From: an uncultured Gemmatimonadaceae bacterium
GTDB taxonomy: Bacteria; Gemmatimonadota; Gemmatimonadetes; Gemmatimonadales; Gemmatimonadaceae
Assembly (NCBI GenBank): GCA_963761305.1
Contig: CAVXGK010000002.1
Span: 3,232,001 to 3,296,000, forward strand
DNA: 64,000 nucleotides
Direction of reading: 5' to 3'
Notes under the pieces: generated by a model
What the model was told of the DNA's origin: nothing
The model's database searches: none
The model's input: only the letters and a program-made list of their open reading frames with translations
Shown here: positions 21,337 to 31,589 of the stretch, in pieces
Position numbering within the stretch: position 1 is the stretch's first letter
Layout: the number at the start of each line of letters is the position of its first letter
Made by a program: the position numbers and the translations under genes

Positions 21337-22299
21337 ATGCTCGCGCCCGCGATCCTGCTCGCGCTGCTCCAAGGCGCAACGGCGGTTTCGCCGATCGTGA
21401 AGATCGACAGCCGCGAGCAGGGCCGCACGTTCTACATCGACACCGACAAGCCGGAGGTCCGGAAGGCGCTGCGCGATGTGTCGGCGCCGTCGCGGGCCGG
21501 GCCGATTCCGTTCTGGCTGCCGTCCTACCCTGCCGCGCGGCTCGTACCGCACCACGGCAACGACCCGGTCGATTTCGGCGTCGAGGAGTACACCACCGGC
21601 GCGACACCGGATGTCGTCTTCGCGCACTACGAATCGGCGATTCACGCGGCCAACGCGACGATCACCTACATCAACCGGCAGCCCGGCCGCGGCGGCGCGA
21701 TTCACGCCGACGACAGCACGCGCTCGGCGGTCGTCTCGGTGTCGCCCGGTCCGAGGGCGACGGATATCACCGTCAACTGGCGGCCGAGAGTCCTCGTGCC
21801 GGTGTCGCTCGCGAAAAGCGCGCGTCTCGTCGCCGTGTGGTACGACGACGGGCCGCAAACGCTTCGCCTTCGCGATCCGACGACCCGAAAAGAGTACGAG
21901 CTCGGCATGGCGACGATACTGGGCTACGCGCGCTCGGTGCCGCTCGAGCCGTCGGCGCACGCGGATTTTCCCGCGTGGCTCCCGTTCTATCCCGGCGCCA
22001 AGGTCGTCGTCGCGAACGCTCCGCCGGCTGGTTGGAAGCCGCAGAAGTTCGAAGACATGCGCACGTACAATATCGAGATGGAATCGACGGCGTCGGTCGC
22101 CGAGATCACCGCGTTCTACCGCGGCACGCTCCAACGCCACGGATTCAAGATCACGAGCGACACGCGTTCTCAGGACTGGGCCGCGGGGCTCGAGGCGCGA
22201 TCCGCCGACCGGAGGCACCAGGTGTTCGTCAACGTGCTCAAGCGAACGAAGGACACCTCGATCCGTCTCACCGATCACTACACGACGCCGCGGCCGTAG
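21337..22299 (+). CDS. Secreted hypothetical protein with internal domain duplication
   Basis: Hydrophobic N-terminus; PFWLPSYPAARLV and PAWLPFYPGAKVV repeats; host-like codon usage. Confidence 0.75.
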   Translation: MLAPAILLALLQGATAVSPIVKIDSREQGRTFYIDTDKPEVRKALRDVSAPSRAGPIPFWLPSYPAARLVPHHGNDPVDFGVEEYTTGATPDVVFAHYESAIHAANATITYINRQPGRGGAIHADDSTRSAVVSVSPGPRATDITVNWRPRVLVPVSLAKSARLVAVWYDDGPQTLRLRDPTTRKEYELGMATILGYARSVPLEPSAHADFPAWLPFYPGAKVVVANAPPAGWKPQKFEDMRTYNIEMESTASVAEITAFYRGTLQRHGFKITSDTRSQDWAAGLEARSADRRHQVFVNVLKRTKDTSIRLTDHYTTPRP

Positions 22300-22335
22300 G
22301 CGGCGAGCGCCCTCTGTCGGCGACGTCGCGGCGGC

Positions 22336-22382
22336 TTGACATCCGCGCGGGCGTCTCGCACTCTTCACAAACCTGGTTCGTG
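22336..22382 (+). promoter_or_regulatory. Putative promoter and PadR operator, copy 2
   Basis: TTGACA(22336)-N17-CACTCT, then CACAAACCTGGTTCGTG (22366-22382), then RBS GGAGAGG. Confidence 0.6.
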
Positions 22383-22392
22383 GAGAGGCCCT

Positions 22393-22731
22393 CTGGCTCG
22401 CGACGTCAACGATCTCCTGTACGGTTCCCTCGATATGCTGGTCCTCAAGGCGCTCGCCTGGGGACCGCGGCATGGCTACACGATCGCCCAGTGGATCGAG
22501 GATCGAGCCAAGGGTGAGCTCGCGATCGTCGACGTCGCGCTCTACAAGGCGCTCCACCGCCTTGAAAGCGCCGGCGCGGTCGACGCCGAGTGGGGGGTTT
22601 CGGCGAACAACCGGCGAGCGAAGTACTACTCGCTCACAGCCAAGGGCCGCCGCGCCCTCACCGCGGAAGCCGCCGTTTGGCGTCGCTACGCCGCCGCCGT
22701 GGGAGCAGTGCTCGACAGCCTGGAGGCCTGA
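22393..22731 (+). CDS. padR: PadR-family transcriptional regulator (probable CTG start)
   Basis: [45 protein letters not shown] at 22393 aligns with Met1 of the first PadR and follows GGAGAGG. Confidence 0.9.
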   Translation: MARDVNDLLYGSLDMLVLKALAWGPRHGYTIAQWIEDRAKGELAIVDVALYKALHRLESAGAVDAEWGVSANNRRAKYYSLTAKGRRALTAEAAVWRRYAAAVGAVLDSLEA

Positions 22732-22733
22732 CC

Positions 22734-25424
22734 GTGCCGATTCGCCTTCCGGCCGGCATCCGCCGGCTCTTCCGCCTTCCGTTCTCGCCCGATCGGGCGC
22801 GTCGCGAGATCAACGACGAGGTCCGCTTTCATCTCGAGATGCGCGGACAGGCGCTGCGCGAGCGCGGCCTGGATGCGCGAGAGGCCGAGCGCGCGGCGCT
22901 CGCCCGCTTCGGCGACCCGGCGGAGCTTCATGAGTATTCTCGCGACGTGGTGCTGCCGAGTAGGCAACGGCATCGCTTTCTCGAGACCGCCCACTCGGTC
23001 GCCCAAGACGTGCGCTTCGGCACCAGGCAACTGTTCCGCGCGCCCAGCTTCGCGGCGACGGCGATCGTGGTGTGCGCGCTTGGCATCGGCGCGAACACCG
23101 CGTTGTTCAGCGTCGTCCATCGGCTCATCCTGGATCCGCTGCCGTTCGCCGACGGCAAGCGCATGGTCATGCTCGAAACGACGGCGAACGGCGGAGCGTT
23201 TCTCGTCGAGCCGACGCAGCACATCGTAGACACATGGATCACCGGCGCGCGAGCGGTCGACCACATCGTCCCCGTGCACGATCGCGGCGTCGTGCTTGGC
23301 GACACGGCTGCGGACGTTCCTACGAAGGGGTACGGCGTCGCCACGGTGCCGGGCGCTCTGGCGTTCGTTCGAGCGCGTCCCGTGCTCGGCCGCGATCTCG
23401 TGGGCGACGACACGCTCGCCGACGCGCGGCCGATCGTCCTGATCGGCTACGGCCTCTGGCAGCGCGACTTCGGCGGACGATCGGACGTGCTCGGGAAGCA
23501 GGTGCTCGTGGACGGCGAGGCGAAGCTCGTGGTGGGCGTGTTACCGCAGGATTTCGCGCTGCCGTTGATCGGCGGCGCGGCCGGCGTGGTCGATATGCTG
23601 GAGGCGCTTCCACACGCCGGCGCCGATCGCCCCGTCACGGCGATCGCGATGCTCAAGCCAGGGGTCACGCCCGCCGACGCCAATCGCGAGCTGGCGTCAC
23701 TCTTTCCGGCGGCACGCCTCGACAACGAGGCGTCGCGACTCGGTGGCCGGCGGACCGCGGGGGACATGCCGCGCGTCGTCACTGGCATCGACCTCGTCGG
23801 AGACAACTATCGTCGAATCCTCATCATGCTGTTCGGCGCCGTCGGCTTCGTGCTCGTCATCGCGTGCGCGAACGTCGCCAACCTCATGTTGTCGCGCGCA
23901 TGGTCGCGGCAGCGTGAATTCGCCGTACGTCGCGCCCTCGGCGCCGGGCGCGGCCGGCTCGTTCGCCAAATGCTCACCGAGAGTCTCTTGATCGGCGTGG
24001 CAGGAGGCGCGTTGGGACTCGGTGTGGCCTGGGCGACGCTCCGCGTCATGGTCGCGGTGCAGCCGCCGCGGAGTACGGAGCTGAACGGCGCGCATCTCGA
24101 TGCGTCAGTGCTCCTCTGGAGCCTCGGTGTGGCGCTGGTCACGGGCATCCTGCTTGGTGCCGGACCCGCGTTTTTCGCGTCGGGCGACGACGTATCAAGC
24201 TCTTTGAAATCCGCCAGCCGAACCGCCGCCGGCAGTGCGCGGGCGAGCAGTCTGCGTGCCGGGCTCGTCGTGCTCGAAATCGCGTTGTCGGTGACGCTGC
24301 TCGCGGGGGCCGGACTGCTCGTGCGCTCGCTCGTGGCGATGAACCGCTACGACGTGGGGTTCGACCCTCACGGCCTCGAGGCTATTCCGATTCCGATCTT
24401 CGCGAAGCGGTATGACCTCGTCGCGCGGCGCTCGATCCTCGAGGCGATGCTCGAGCGCACGAAGCGGACAGCGGGCGTCCAAGGTGCCGCCTACGCCCTC
24501 ATGCTGCCTCCGGACTACGGAGTGAGCGTGGCTCACCTCGACATTGACGGCATTCCGTCGGCCGACACGGACTCGCTCAAGTTCGTCGGGATTCAGAGCG
24601 CGACGCCGGACTACTTCAAAGTCGCCGGCATCAAGGTGCTGCAGGGTCGCGTGTTCTCGCCGAACACGGCGCTGAGCGACAAGCTCATGTCCGACGAGGT
24701 GATGATCAGCGAATCCTTCGCGCGGCGCTTCTGGCCCGCCGCGAGCCCGCTTGGCAGCCGACTTCGACTCGGGCAGTTGGGTTGGTCGACGATCGTCGGG
24801 GTAGTGCCCGACATTCAGTCGCCGGGTTCCTTGCGAGGGATTCGCGGGTTGCAAATCTACGAAGCACTGCCAACCGCGCCGTCCAATCCGATGCTCATCG
24901 TGCGCGGCAGCCTGCCTCCAGGTGAACTGTCAGCGATCGTCCGCCGAGTCGCACACGAAATCGATCCGTCGCTCAAACTTCGGCACGACGCCGGAACGGC
25001 TGAGGCGAACGTCGCACATTCAATGGCGGTGCACCGATTCGTGCTGACGCTCCTGGGCGGCTTCGCGGTGCTCGCGCTCGTGCTCGCGGCGATCGGGCTG
25101 TACGGAGTCATCGCTTACGGCGTAAGCCAACGCACGCGCGAAACGGGAGTTCGCATCGCGCTCGGCGCGAACGCGGCCGACGTTGTCACGATGGTGCTTC
25201 GCGAAGCGCTGTCGCTCTCGGCGATCGGCATCGTGGTCGGCGGCGCGGGGGCGGTGGCGGCCACGCGGGCGCTGCGCGGCCTGCTGTTCGGCGTACAGCC
25301 CGGCGATCCGGCGACTCTCGGCGCAACGGCGCTGCTTCTCGCGGTCGTCGCCATCGCGGCTGCCTATTTGCCGGCACGTCGAGCGGCATCCACGGATCCG
25401 GTCGAGGCGCTGCGCGCGGAGTAG
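22734..25424 (+). CDS. ADOP-family ABC transporter permease with prefix domain
   Basis: GTG start after [22 protein letters not shown] prefix; [42 protein letters not shown]. Confidence 0.93.
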   Translation: MPIRLPAGIRRLFRLPFSPDRARREINDEVRFHLEMRGQALRERGLDAREAERAALARFGDPAELHEYSRDVVLPSRQRHRFLETAHSVAQDVRFGTRQLFRAPSFAATAIVVCALGIGANTALFSVVHRLILDPLPFADGKRMVMLETTANGGAFLVEPTQHIVDTWITGARAVDHIVPVHDRGVVLGDTAADVPTKGYGVATVPGALAFVRARPVLGRDLVGDDTLADARPIVLIGYGLWQRDFGGRSDVLGKQVLVDGEAKLVVGVLPQDFALPLIGGAAGVVDMLEALPHAGADRPVTAIAMLKPGVTPADANRELASLFPAARLDNEASRLGGRRTAGDMPRVVTGIDLVGDNYRRILIMLFGAVGFVLVIACANVANLMLSRAWSRQREFAVRRALGAGRGRLVRQMLTESLLIGVAGGALGLGVAWATLRVMVAVQPPRSTELNGAHLDASVLLWSLGVALVTGILLGAGPAFFASGDDVSSSLKSASRTAAGSARASSLRAGLVVLEIALSVTLLAGAGLLVRSLVAMNRYDVGFDPHGLEAIPIPIFAKRYDLVARRSILEAMLERTKRTAGVQGAAYALMLPPDYGVSVAHLDIDGIPSADTDSLKFVGIQSATPDYFKVAGIKVLQGRVFSPNTALSDKLMSDEVMISESFARRFWPAASPLGSRLRLGQLGWSTIVGVVPDIQSPGSLRGIRGLQIYEALPTAPSNPMLIVRGSLPPGELSAIVRRVAHEIDPSLKLRHDAGTAEANVAHSMAVHRFVLTLLGGFAVLALVLAAIGLYGVIAYGVSQRTRETGVRIALGANAADVVTMVLREALSLSAIGIVVGGAGAVAATRALRGLLFGVQPGDPATLGATALLLAVVAIAAAYLPARRAASTDPVEALRAE

Positions 25425-25549
25425 ATTGCGGCCCGTGCTTCCAGCACGGCGTCGAGTGCGGCTGCCCGGGGTTGATGGCATGTCGAGTGTCTGAAGGGCG
25501 ATACCCACGGTTCGACGATAGCGCCCGCCATGCACCGACCGTTTCCCGC

Positions 25550-27973
25550 ATGACCGACTTCATCCGCTCGATCCGCATCACGCTGCGCGGCCTCGGCCGC
25601 ACACCTGCGTTCACGATCGCCGCCGTGACGATTCTCGGCTTGGGGATCGGCACCGCGGTCGCCGTGTTCACGGTGTTCCGCGCGGTGCTGTACCAGCGGA
25701 TTCCCGTACCCGATCCGGATCGCGTCGTTCAGATCTCGACCTACAGGGATGATCCGAGCGTCGAATTCGGGCTGGTGAAGAGCGACTTGAAAGTCATCAA
25801 GCAGCAAAGCCGCACGATGCGGAGCATCGGCGGCTACGCGCATTGGGGGACGTCGCAGGGCCCGCTCGTCGACGGCGACCGCACCCTGACCCTCGGCCGC
25901 GTGGTCGTGAGCGGGGGTTTCTTCGACGTGCTGGGTGCGCGTCCCGCGGCCGGACGATTGTTGAGGCCCGAGGACGACGTCGTCGGCGCGACGCCCGCGC
26001 TCGTGATCAGTTACCAGAACTGGCAACGATGGTTCGGCGGCGATCCGAAAGTCGTCGGCCATCATATATACGAGCCGTACTCGCAGCTCACCTACACCAT
26101 CGTCGGCGTTGCGCCGGCCGGCCTCGATTTTCCAAACGGCGCCGGATACTGGCTGCCGTGGCCGTCGCCTGACACCGGCAACACCGGCTTCAGCACGATC
26201 GCCATCGCGCGCCTCGCGCCGCACGCGACGCCGTCGTCGGCGGCGAGCGAATTGGTGTCGATCATCAAGCGAACCCCGCTGGCGGGATGGCGCACCGCCG
26301 AGAACGGGATCACCGGTGCGAAAGTCGTCCCGTTCACGCAAGCGATGTTGGGCGACGCGCGTCCGGCGCTGATCGCGCTCACCTCGGCCGTCGTGCTGCT
26401 GCTCGTGATCGCGTGCGTGAACGTCGGCGGGTTGCTGCTGTTGCGCGCCGGCACGCGCGCGCGTGAGCTGGCGATCCGCCGTGCGCTCGGCGCGACCTAC
26501 GCCGATGTCACGCGACAACTGCTGTTGGAAAGCGCGGTGCTCGCCGCGGGCGGCGGCGTGTTGGGGTTGTTGTGCGCGGTGACTCTGATTCGGTTGCTCG
26601 TCGCCGTGGCGCCGTCGCGCTTGCCGAGGCTCGACGTGATTCAGCTGTCGGGCGCGCCGGTGTTCATGGCGATCGGCGCGACGATTCTCGCCGTGCTGCT
26701 GTTCGGCGTCGTGCCGTCGCTGCTCGCCGCGCGCACCGACGTCGCGTCGACGCTGCGTCTCGACGCGCGTTCGGGACGAGACTCAGCGGCGCGCCGGCGT
26801 TTCCGCCACGTGCTCGTTGCCGCGCAGACGATGCTCGCGCTGGTCATGCTCGCCGGCGGCGCGCTGCTCGCGCGCAGTCTGGCGCGACTCGAGTCGATCG
26901 ACCTCGGGTACAACGCGGATCATCTCACGCATCTCGCGACGTCGTGGCCGTCGAAGAAGTACGACTCGGTGTACAAGTACTATCCGGTCGGCGAAGACAT
27001 TCTTCGGCGATGGCGCGCGATTCCCGGCGTCGTCGCGCTCACGCCCGAGCTGATTCCGCCGCTGGTCGGCGAGAACGTTTTTCTCGCGCGCGTGGACAAG
27101 GAAGGCCAGCCCCCGAGCCAGCACGCGTCGAATCCGTTCTTCCCCGAGCTCAGCGGCGACAAGGACTACTTTCGCACGTTCGGGTCGCCGATCCTTCGCG
27201 GCCGCGCGTTCACCGACGCCGATCGCGAGAATGCTTCGCTGGTCGCGATCGTGAGCGAGATGGCGGCAAAGCGGCTGTGGCCGGGTGAAGATCCGATCGG
27301 CAAGCGCATCCACTATTTGTCGCAAGACAGCACGGCGTGGCGCACGGTGGTCGGAGTCGTCGGCGACGCACGCATTCGAGCGCTGCGAACGACGGCGCCG
27401 CTGATCTACGTGCCGTGGCGTCAGATGGACTTCTGGCAGTTCAGCTTCGCCATGCGGACCCGCGGCGACATCTCGGGCGTGCTGCCCGCGATGCGGCAGG
27501 CGGTCGCCGCGGTCGACCCGCAGATGAAGCTCTGGTACGTGCACCCGATGGACGACCTGCTCGACGCACCCCTCGCGCAGCCACGAATGAGTGCTCTTCT
27601 CATGTCGGTGTTCGCGGTCGCCGCGCTTTTGCTGGCGGCCATCGGACTCTACGGCCTGATGGCTTCGATCGTCCGCGAGCGCACGCGCGAGATCGGGATC
27701 CGCATGGCGCTCGGCGCGTCACCGGAACGCCTGCGGCGAGACGTGTTGATTCAGGCGCTCACGGTCTCGGGCGCCGGCGCGCTCGTCGGGCTCGTGGCGG
27801 CGTTCGGGACGTCGCGGGTTTTATCGGCGATCCTGTTCGAGGTGAGCCCGAGCGATCCGATCGCGCTCGCCGCGGCGTGCGGCGTGTTGCTGGTCGTCGT
27901 GCTGCTGGCCGCGTACGGCCCGGCGCGTCGCGCGACGCAGATCGACCCGGCGAACGCGTTGCGCGCCGACTAG
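25550..27973 (+). CDS. ADOP-family ABC transporter permease, no prefix domain
   Basis: LGLGIGTAVAVF, IACVNVGGLLL, REIGIRMALGA, PARRATQIDPANALRAD. Confidence 0.92.
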   Translation: MTDFIRSIRITLRGLGRTPAFTIAAVTILGLGIGTAVAVFTVFRAVLYQRIPVPDPDRVVQISTYRDDPSVEFGLVKSDLKVIKQQSRTMRSIGGYAHWGTSQGPLVDGDRTLTLGRVVVSGGFFDVLGARPAAGRLLRPEDDVVGATPALVISYQNWQRWFGGDPKVVGHHIYEPYSQLTYTIVGVAPAGLDFPNGAGYWLPWPSPDTGNTGFSTIAIARLAPHATPSSAASELVSIIKRTPLAGWRTAENGITGAKVVPFTQAMLGDARPALIALTSAVVLLLVIACVNVGGLLLLRAGTRARELAIRRALGATYADVTRQLLLESAVLAAGGGVLGLLCAVTLIRLLVAVAPSRLPRLDVIQLSGAPVFMAIGATILAVLLFGVVPSLLAARTDVASTLRLDARSGRDSAARRRFRHVLVAAQTMLALVMLAGGALLARSLARLESIDLGYNADHLTHLATSWPSKKYDSVYKYYPVGEDILRRWRAIPGVVALTPELIPPLVGENVFLARVDKEGQPPSQHASNPFFPELSGDKDYFRTFGSPILRGRAFTDADRENASLVAIVSEMAAKRLWPGEDPIGKRIHYLSQDSTAWRTVVGVVGDARIRALRTTAPLIYVPWRQMDFWQFSFAMRTRGDISGVLPAMRQAVAAVDPQMKLWYVHPMDDLLDAPLAQPRMSALLMSVFAVAALLLAAIGLYGLMASIVRERTREIGIRMALGASPERLRRDVLIQALTVSGAGALVGLVAAFGTSRVLSAILFEVSPSDPIALAAACGVLLVVVLLAAYGPARRATQIDPANALRAD

Positions 27974-28257
27974 GCGCGAACGAGTTGTCCGCGCCCGTCG
28001 TGTCGGGAAAGCGCTGACACGACGCAGGCGCGCGCCGAATTCAACCGCATTCAACCGCAAGATTCTTTGCATCGCGCGCGCCTCGTGTGCGCGCCATCAC
28101 GTGGCACGCATGAGCATCCTCACATGAGAGCGCCGAGGAACCATTCACGTGCGCGGGAGATTCACGCGATAGTAGTCGGCGGCGCGTAGGACAAAGGCTG
28201 ACGCTCGTCGCCGTGATTCCGCGGGTCTCCCCACAAGCTTCGCGAGGTACACGACGT

Positions 28258-29016
28258 ATGCAGCACACATGGAACACGTACGGGCTTGCATCGCTGGTCG
28301 CGCTCACGAGTCTCGCGGCGGCGTGCAGCGATGCGACGAGCGCAAAGAACTCGGCGAGCCAACTCGGCTTCACGACTGGCGCATCGCTCGGCGCGAACGC
28401 CGACGCCGCGCCGATCACCGTCGGCGGACACACGCTCAATCTCACCGCCGTGAGTCTCACCGTGTCGCGCGCCGAAGCGAAACCGGCGGCGACGGCCGTC
28501 TGCGCTGACGACAACGAGGGCGCCGACGACGACCGCGGGCCCGGCGGCCGCAACGGCAACAACGACGCAAACGATCACGACGACTGCGACGAGATGAAGG
28601 TGGGTCCGACGACGATCGATCTGCCGCTCGACGGCAGCGTCGTCACCGTGCCGGCGGACGCGCTGCCGGCGGGTACGTTCCAGCAGCTCGAGCTTCGCCT
28701 TGCGTTCGTTCGCCTGCAGGGCACGTTCGATGGCACACCGTTCGACGTGACGGTCTCGGCGCCCGTGCGCGGCGAGATCGAGTTCAGCACGCCGATCGTC
28801 GTGACCGCCGGAACGCAGACGTCGATCACCGTGATGGTTCCGATCACCACATGGCTGACGAACCCCGACGGCTCGCTGCTCGATCCGTCGCAGTTGAACG
28901 CGAACGCGACCTTGCGCAATCAGTTCATCAGCCGAATCGCGGCGTCGTTCGGTGCGTTCGAGGACGAGAACCACGACGGCCACGACGATCATGGCGGGAA
29001 TCGCGGCCCGGGCTGA
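28258..29016 (+). CDS. Hypothetical lipoprotein (DUF4382-like beta-rich), with Asp/His-rich loops
   Basis: Lipobox LAAAC, RBS GAGG; GPTTIDLPL, LPAGTF..LEL, AFEDENHDGHDD. Confidence 0.75.
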   Translation: MQHTWNTYGLASLVALTSLAAACSDATSAKNSASQLGFTTGASLGANADAAPITVGGHTLNLTAVSLTVSRAEAKPAATAVCADDNEGADDDRGPGGRNGNNDANDHDDCDEMKVGPTTIDLPLDGSVVTVPADALPAGTFQQLELRLAFVRLQGTFDGTPFDVTVSAPVRGEIEFSTPIVVTAGTQTSITVMVPITTWLTNPDGSLLDPSQLNANATLRNQFISRIAASFGAFEDENHDGHDDHGGNRGPG

Positions 29017-29059
29017 TTGGCTGGCGACTCGACGGACAGGCTGAGGTGGTGGAGATTAT

Positions 29060-29090
29060 GAAATTATTGCATTGTTCTCGCGAATCAATG
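29060..29090. promoter_or_regulatory. AT-rich imperfect inverted repeat upstream of lysR (possible autoregulatory site)
   Basis: CATTGTTCTCGCGAATCAATG inside a visibly AT-rich tract. Confidence 0.45.
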
Positions 29091-29100
29091 AGAATAAGTA

Positions 29101-30087
29101 ATGGCAATCAATCTCCACCACCTCCGCCTCTTTTCCGCCGTCGTGGACCACGGCGGATTCACCCGGGCGGCTGCGGAGTTGAACCTCAGCCAGCCGGCCA
29201 TCTCCAAGTCGCTGGCTGAGTTAGAGCGCCAGCTCCACGTCAGGCTGATCGATCGCAGCGGTCGCGCCGCTACCCTTACCGACGCTGGGCGCACTCTGCA
29301 TGCACGTGCGAAGGAGATTTTCGGGGTCGAGCACCTGGCCGAGCAAGAGCTGCGGGAGATTCGCGGCCTGAAGCGCGGCAGACTGCGCGTAGCCGCGACG
29401 CCGACCATAGCGATATATCTGCTGCCGCCGATTCTTGGCCGGTTCCATCGTCGGCGCCCAACCGTCGGCATCGACGTAAAGTTCGGAAGCGCGTCCGTTG
29501 TGGCCAAACTGCTCGTAGAGTCGCGCGTAGATGTCGCTATAGTGGACGATCCTGCTCCTCAGGAGCGACTCGAAATGATTCCCTGGATCGATGACGAGCT
29601 GGTGGTCATTGCGCCTCCGGATCATCCGCTCGTGGATCGAAGCCGAGTCGCTCCCGCGGATCTACAAGAGTGGCCGTTCCTGCTTGGCAGGCCTGGTTCG
29701 GCCGTACGCCGAATGGTCGAGCGAGCGCTCGACGTGCATCGCGTGAAGCTCCGCGGGATTGCGCGCATCACCGGCACGGAAGCCGTCAAGCAGTCGGTGG
29801 CAGCGGGCCTCGGTATGGCATTCATATCGAAAGCGGCCGCCGCGGATCACTTAGCGCTGGGACGACTCGCGATCGTGCCCGTCGACGGGCTGGTGATTCG
29901 CCGCCAGCTCGTGCGTCTCAAGCTGCGGGGCCGCCTCGGGGGTATCAGTCCTGCGAGCCGAGAGCTCGAGTCGCTTCTGGATGAGGCGTCGACCAACGAC
30001 GTCGCGTCCGACGCCACCGGTATCGCCGATCTGCCCGCCGGCGACCACATACCTGGCGGCGGAAACGGCGACCCGGTGGTTCTATAG
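29101..30087 (+). CDS. LysR-family transcriptional regulator (CysL/YeiE-like)
   Basis: NLHHLRLF..GFTRAAAELNLSQPAIS..LE HTH; TEAVKQSVAAGLG. Confidence 0.92.
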   Translation: MAINLHHLRLFSAVVDHGGFTRAAAELNLSQPAISKSLAELERQLHVRLIDRSGRAATLTDAGRTLHARAKEIFGVEHLAEQELREIRGLKRGRLRVAATPTIAIYLLPPILGRFHRRRPTVGIDVKFGSASVVAKLLVESRVDVAIVDDPAPQERLEMIPWIDDELVVIAPPDHPLVDRSRVAPADLQEWPFLLGRPGSAVRRMVERALDVHRVKLRGIARITGTEAVKQSVAAGLGMAFISKAAAADHLALGRLAIVPVDGLVIRRQLVRLKLRGRLGGISPASRELESLLDEASTNDVASDATGIADLPAGDHIPGGGNGDPVVL

Positions 30088-30140
30088 TTCGTCAAGGGTC
30101 CACGGAACACCGCGCCACCGGCGCGCCACGGAAACACACG

Positions 30141-31544
30141 ATGATTCGCTCGCTGTCGCGCAGCACTCGGCACCTTCACTCGCGCCACGCGATCGCGGTC
30201 GCATTGGCCACGACGCTCACTGCCGCAGCGTGCCATCACCCGCCGCCGCTACCACCCGCGCCGCCACCGCCGCTCAGCGATTCGGGGACGGCAGCGCTCA
30301 CCTGGGTGCAATCGCATCTGTCGCCGATCGTCCTCCACGACTCGACGCCGCCGGCCCAAGAGCAGCACGGTCTCGCCTCGATCGCGAGCGGAGCGAGGAT
30401 TCTCGGACTGAGCGAGCTTACCGAGGGCACCGCCGAATTTCCCGAAGTCGTCCGCCGCACGCTGATGATTCTTGCCGATTCGGGATTCAAGGCCGTCGCG
30501 ATTCAAGGGCCGATGGCCGAAGCGCTCGAGATCGATCGATACGTGCGGGGCGGCAGCCCGGTCGACGTGCGACGGCTGCTGCACGCGCTCGGGTCGTGGC
30601 GCTTCGAGACGAAGGAGATGGCGGCGTTCGTCGGCGCACTGCGCGAGTGGAATCATGCGCACCCGGACAAACAGATCGGCTTCTACGGTTTCGAGATTCC
30701 GAGTGCGGCGCTCGCCGTGCGAACGGTGACGACGCTTCCGGACTCGGTGATGGGCGCCGCGCTTCGCGGTTGGCTGACGCACGAGTACGCGTGTGTCAGG
30801 GAGAACGAGTCAGCCCACTTCGGACTCGAAGGGCGCACTGCGGACAGCGCATATTGGAACGCGTGCGCGCCGGCGACCCGCGCGGCACTCGACAGCGTCG
30901 TCGCGGCGCGGGCCCGCGCGAGCAACCCCTCCGTCGCGACCCAATTGGCGTTCGCCGAGGAGAACGCGCGTCTCATTGCCCATCACGTGGCGGTCGGCCT
31001 GCGCCATCTCGCGCGACAGGACGCCAACGCCGAGCACGTGACGTACCTGGCGAATCAGTTCGGACCGCAGGGCCGCATCGTGCTGTGGGGCGGCGACATC
31101 GAAATGGGGCGGCTCACCCAGGACAAGAATGTGCAGACCGGCGTGCCGCTCGGACAGAAACTCGGCGCCGCGTATCGGCCCGTGGCCTTCGCCATCGGCA
31201 CCGGACATTTGCGGGCGCGCGTGCCGTCCGTTAACCGCTCGGCCAACGGGCGCGGCAGCGGCGAGCCGGGATTCGCCGACACGCACGTCGCGCGGCCGGA
31301 ACAGGACTCATATGAGGACGTGCTGAATCGACTGCCGTCGTCGGGCGATTCGTACTGGCTGGACGTTCGAAACCTTCCGAGCGACAAGGCCGGCGGCTGG
31401 ATGCACGGACCGCGCTTCATGCGCCTCATCACCGAGGTGTACTCGCCCATTTTGCCGAATGCGTTCGAAACGCAGATCGAGCTGCCGTCGAACTACGACG
31501 CCATCGTCTTCGTGAAGACGCCGACGCCGGTGCATCAGCAATGA
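30141..31544 (+). CDS. Erythromycin esterase family lipoprotein with degenerate active site
   Basis: Lipobox [55 protein letters not shown] scaffold motifs. Confidence 0.8.
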   Translation: MIRSLSRSTRHLHSRHAIAVALATTLTAAACHHPPPLPPAPPPPLSDSGTAALTWVQSHLSPIVLHDSTPPAQEQHGLASIASGARILGLSELTEGTAEFPEVVRRTLMILADSGFKAVAIQGPMAEALEIDRYVRGGSPVDVRRLLHALGSWRFETKEMAAFVGALREWNHAHPDKQIGFYGFEIPSAALAVRTVTTLPDSVMGAALRGWLTHEYACVRENESAHFGLEGRTADSAYWNACAPATRAALDSVVAARARASNPSVATQLAFAEENARLIAHHVAVGLRHLARQDANAEHVTYLANQFGPQGRIVLWGGDIEMGRLTQDKNVQTGVPLGQKLGAAYRPVAFAIGTGHLRARVPSVNRSANGRGSGEPGFADTHVARPEQDSYEDVLNRLPSSGDSYWLDVRNLPSDKAGGWMHGPRFMRLITEVYSPILPNAFETQIELPSNYDAIVFVKTPTPVHQQ

Positions 31545-31589
31545 GTTCTTGCCGCGTCCGGCACCCTCGTTGCTGTAGAACGCGCTGAC

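Noticed and set aside
30141..31544. Functional macrolide-resistance gene (ere)
   Set aside because: Catalytic His/Glu motifs are substituted, so resistance cannot be claimed
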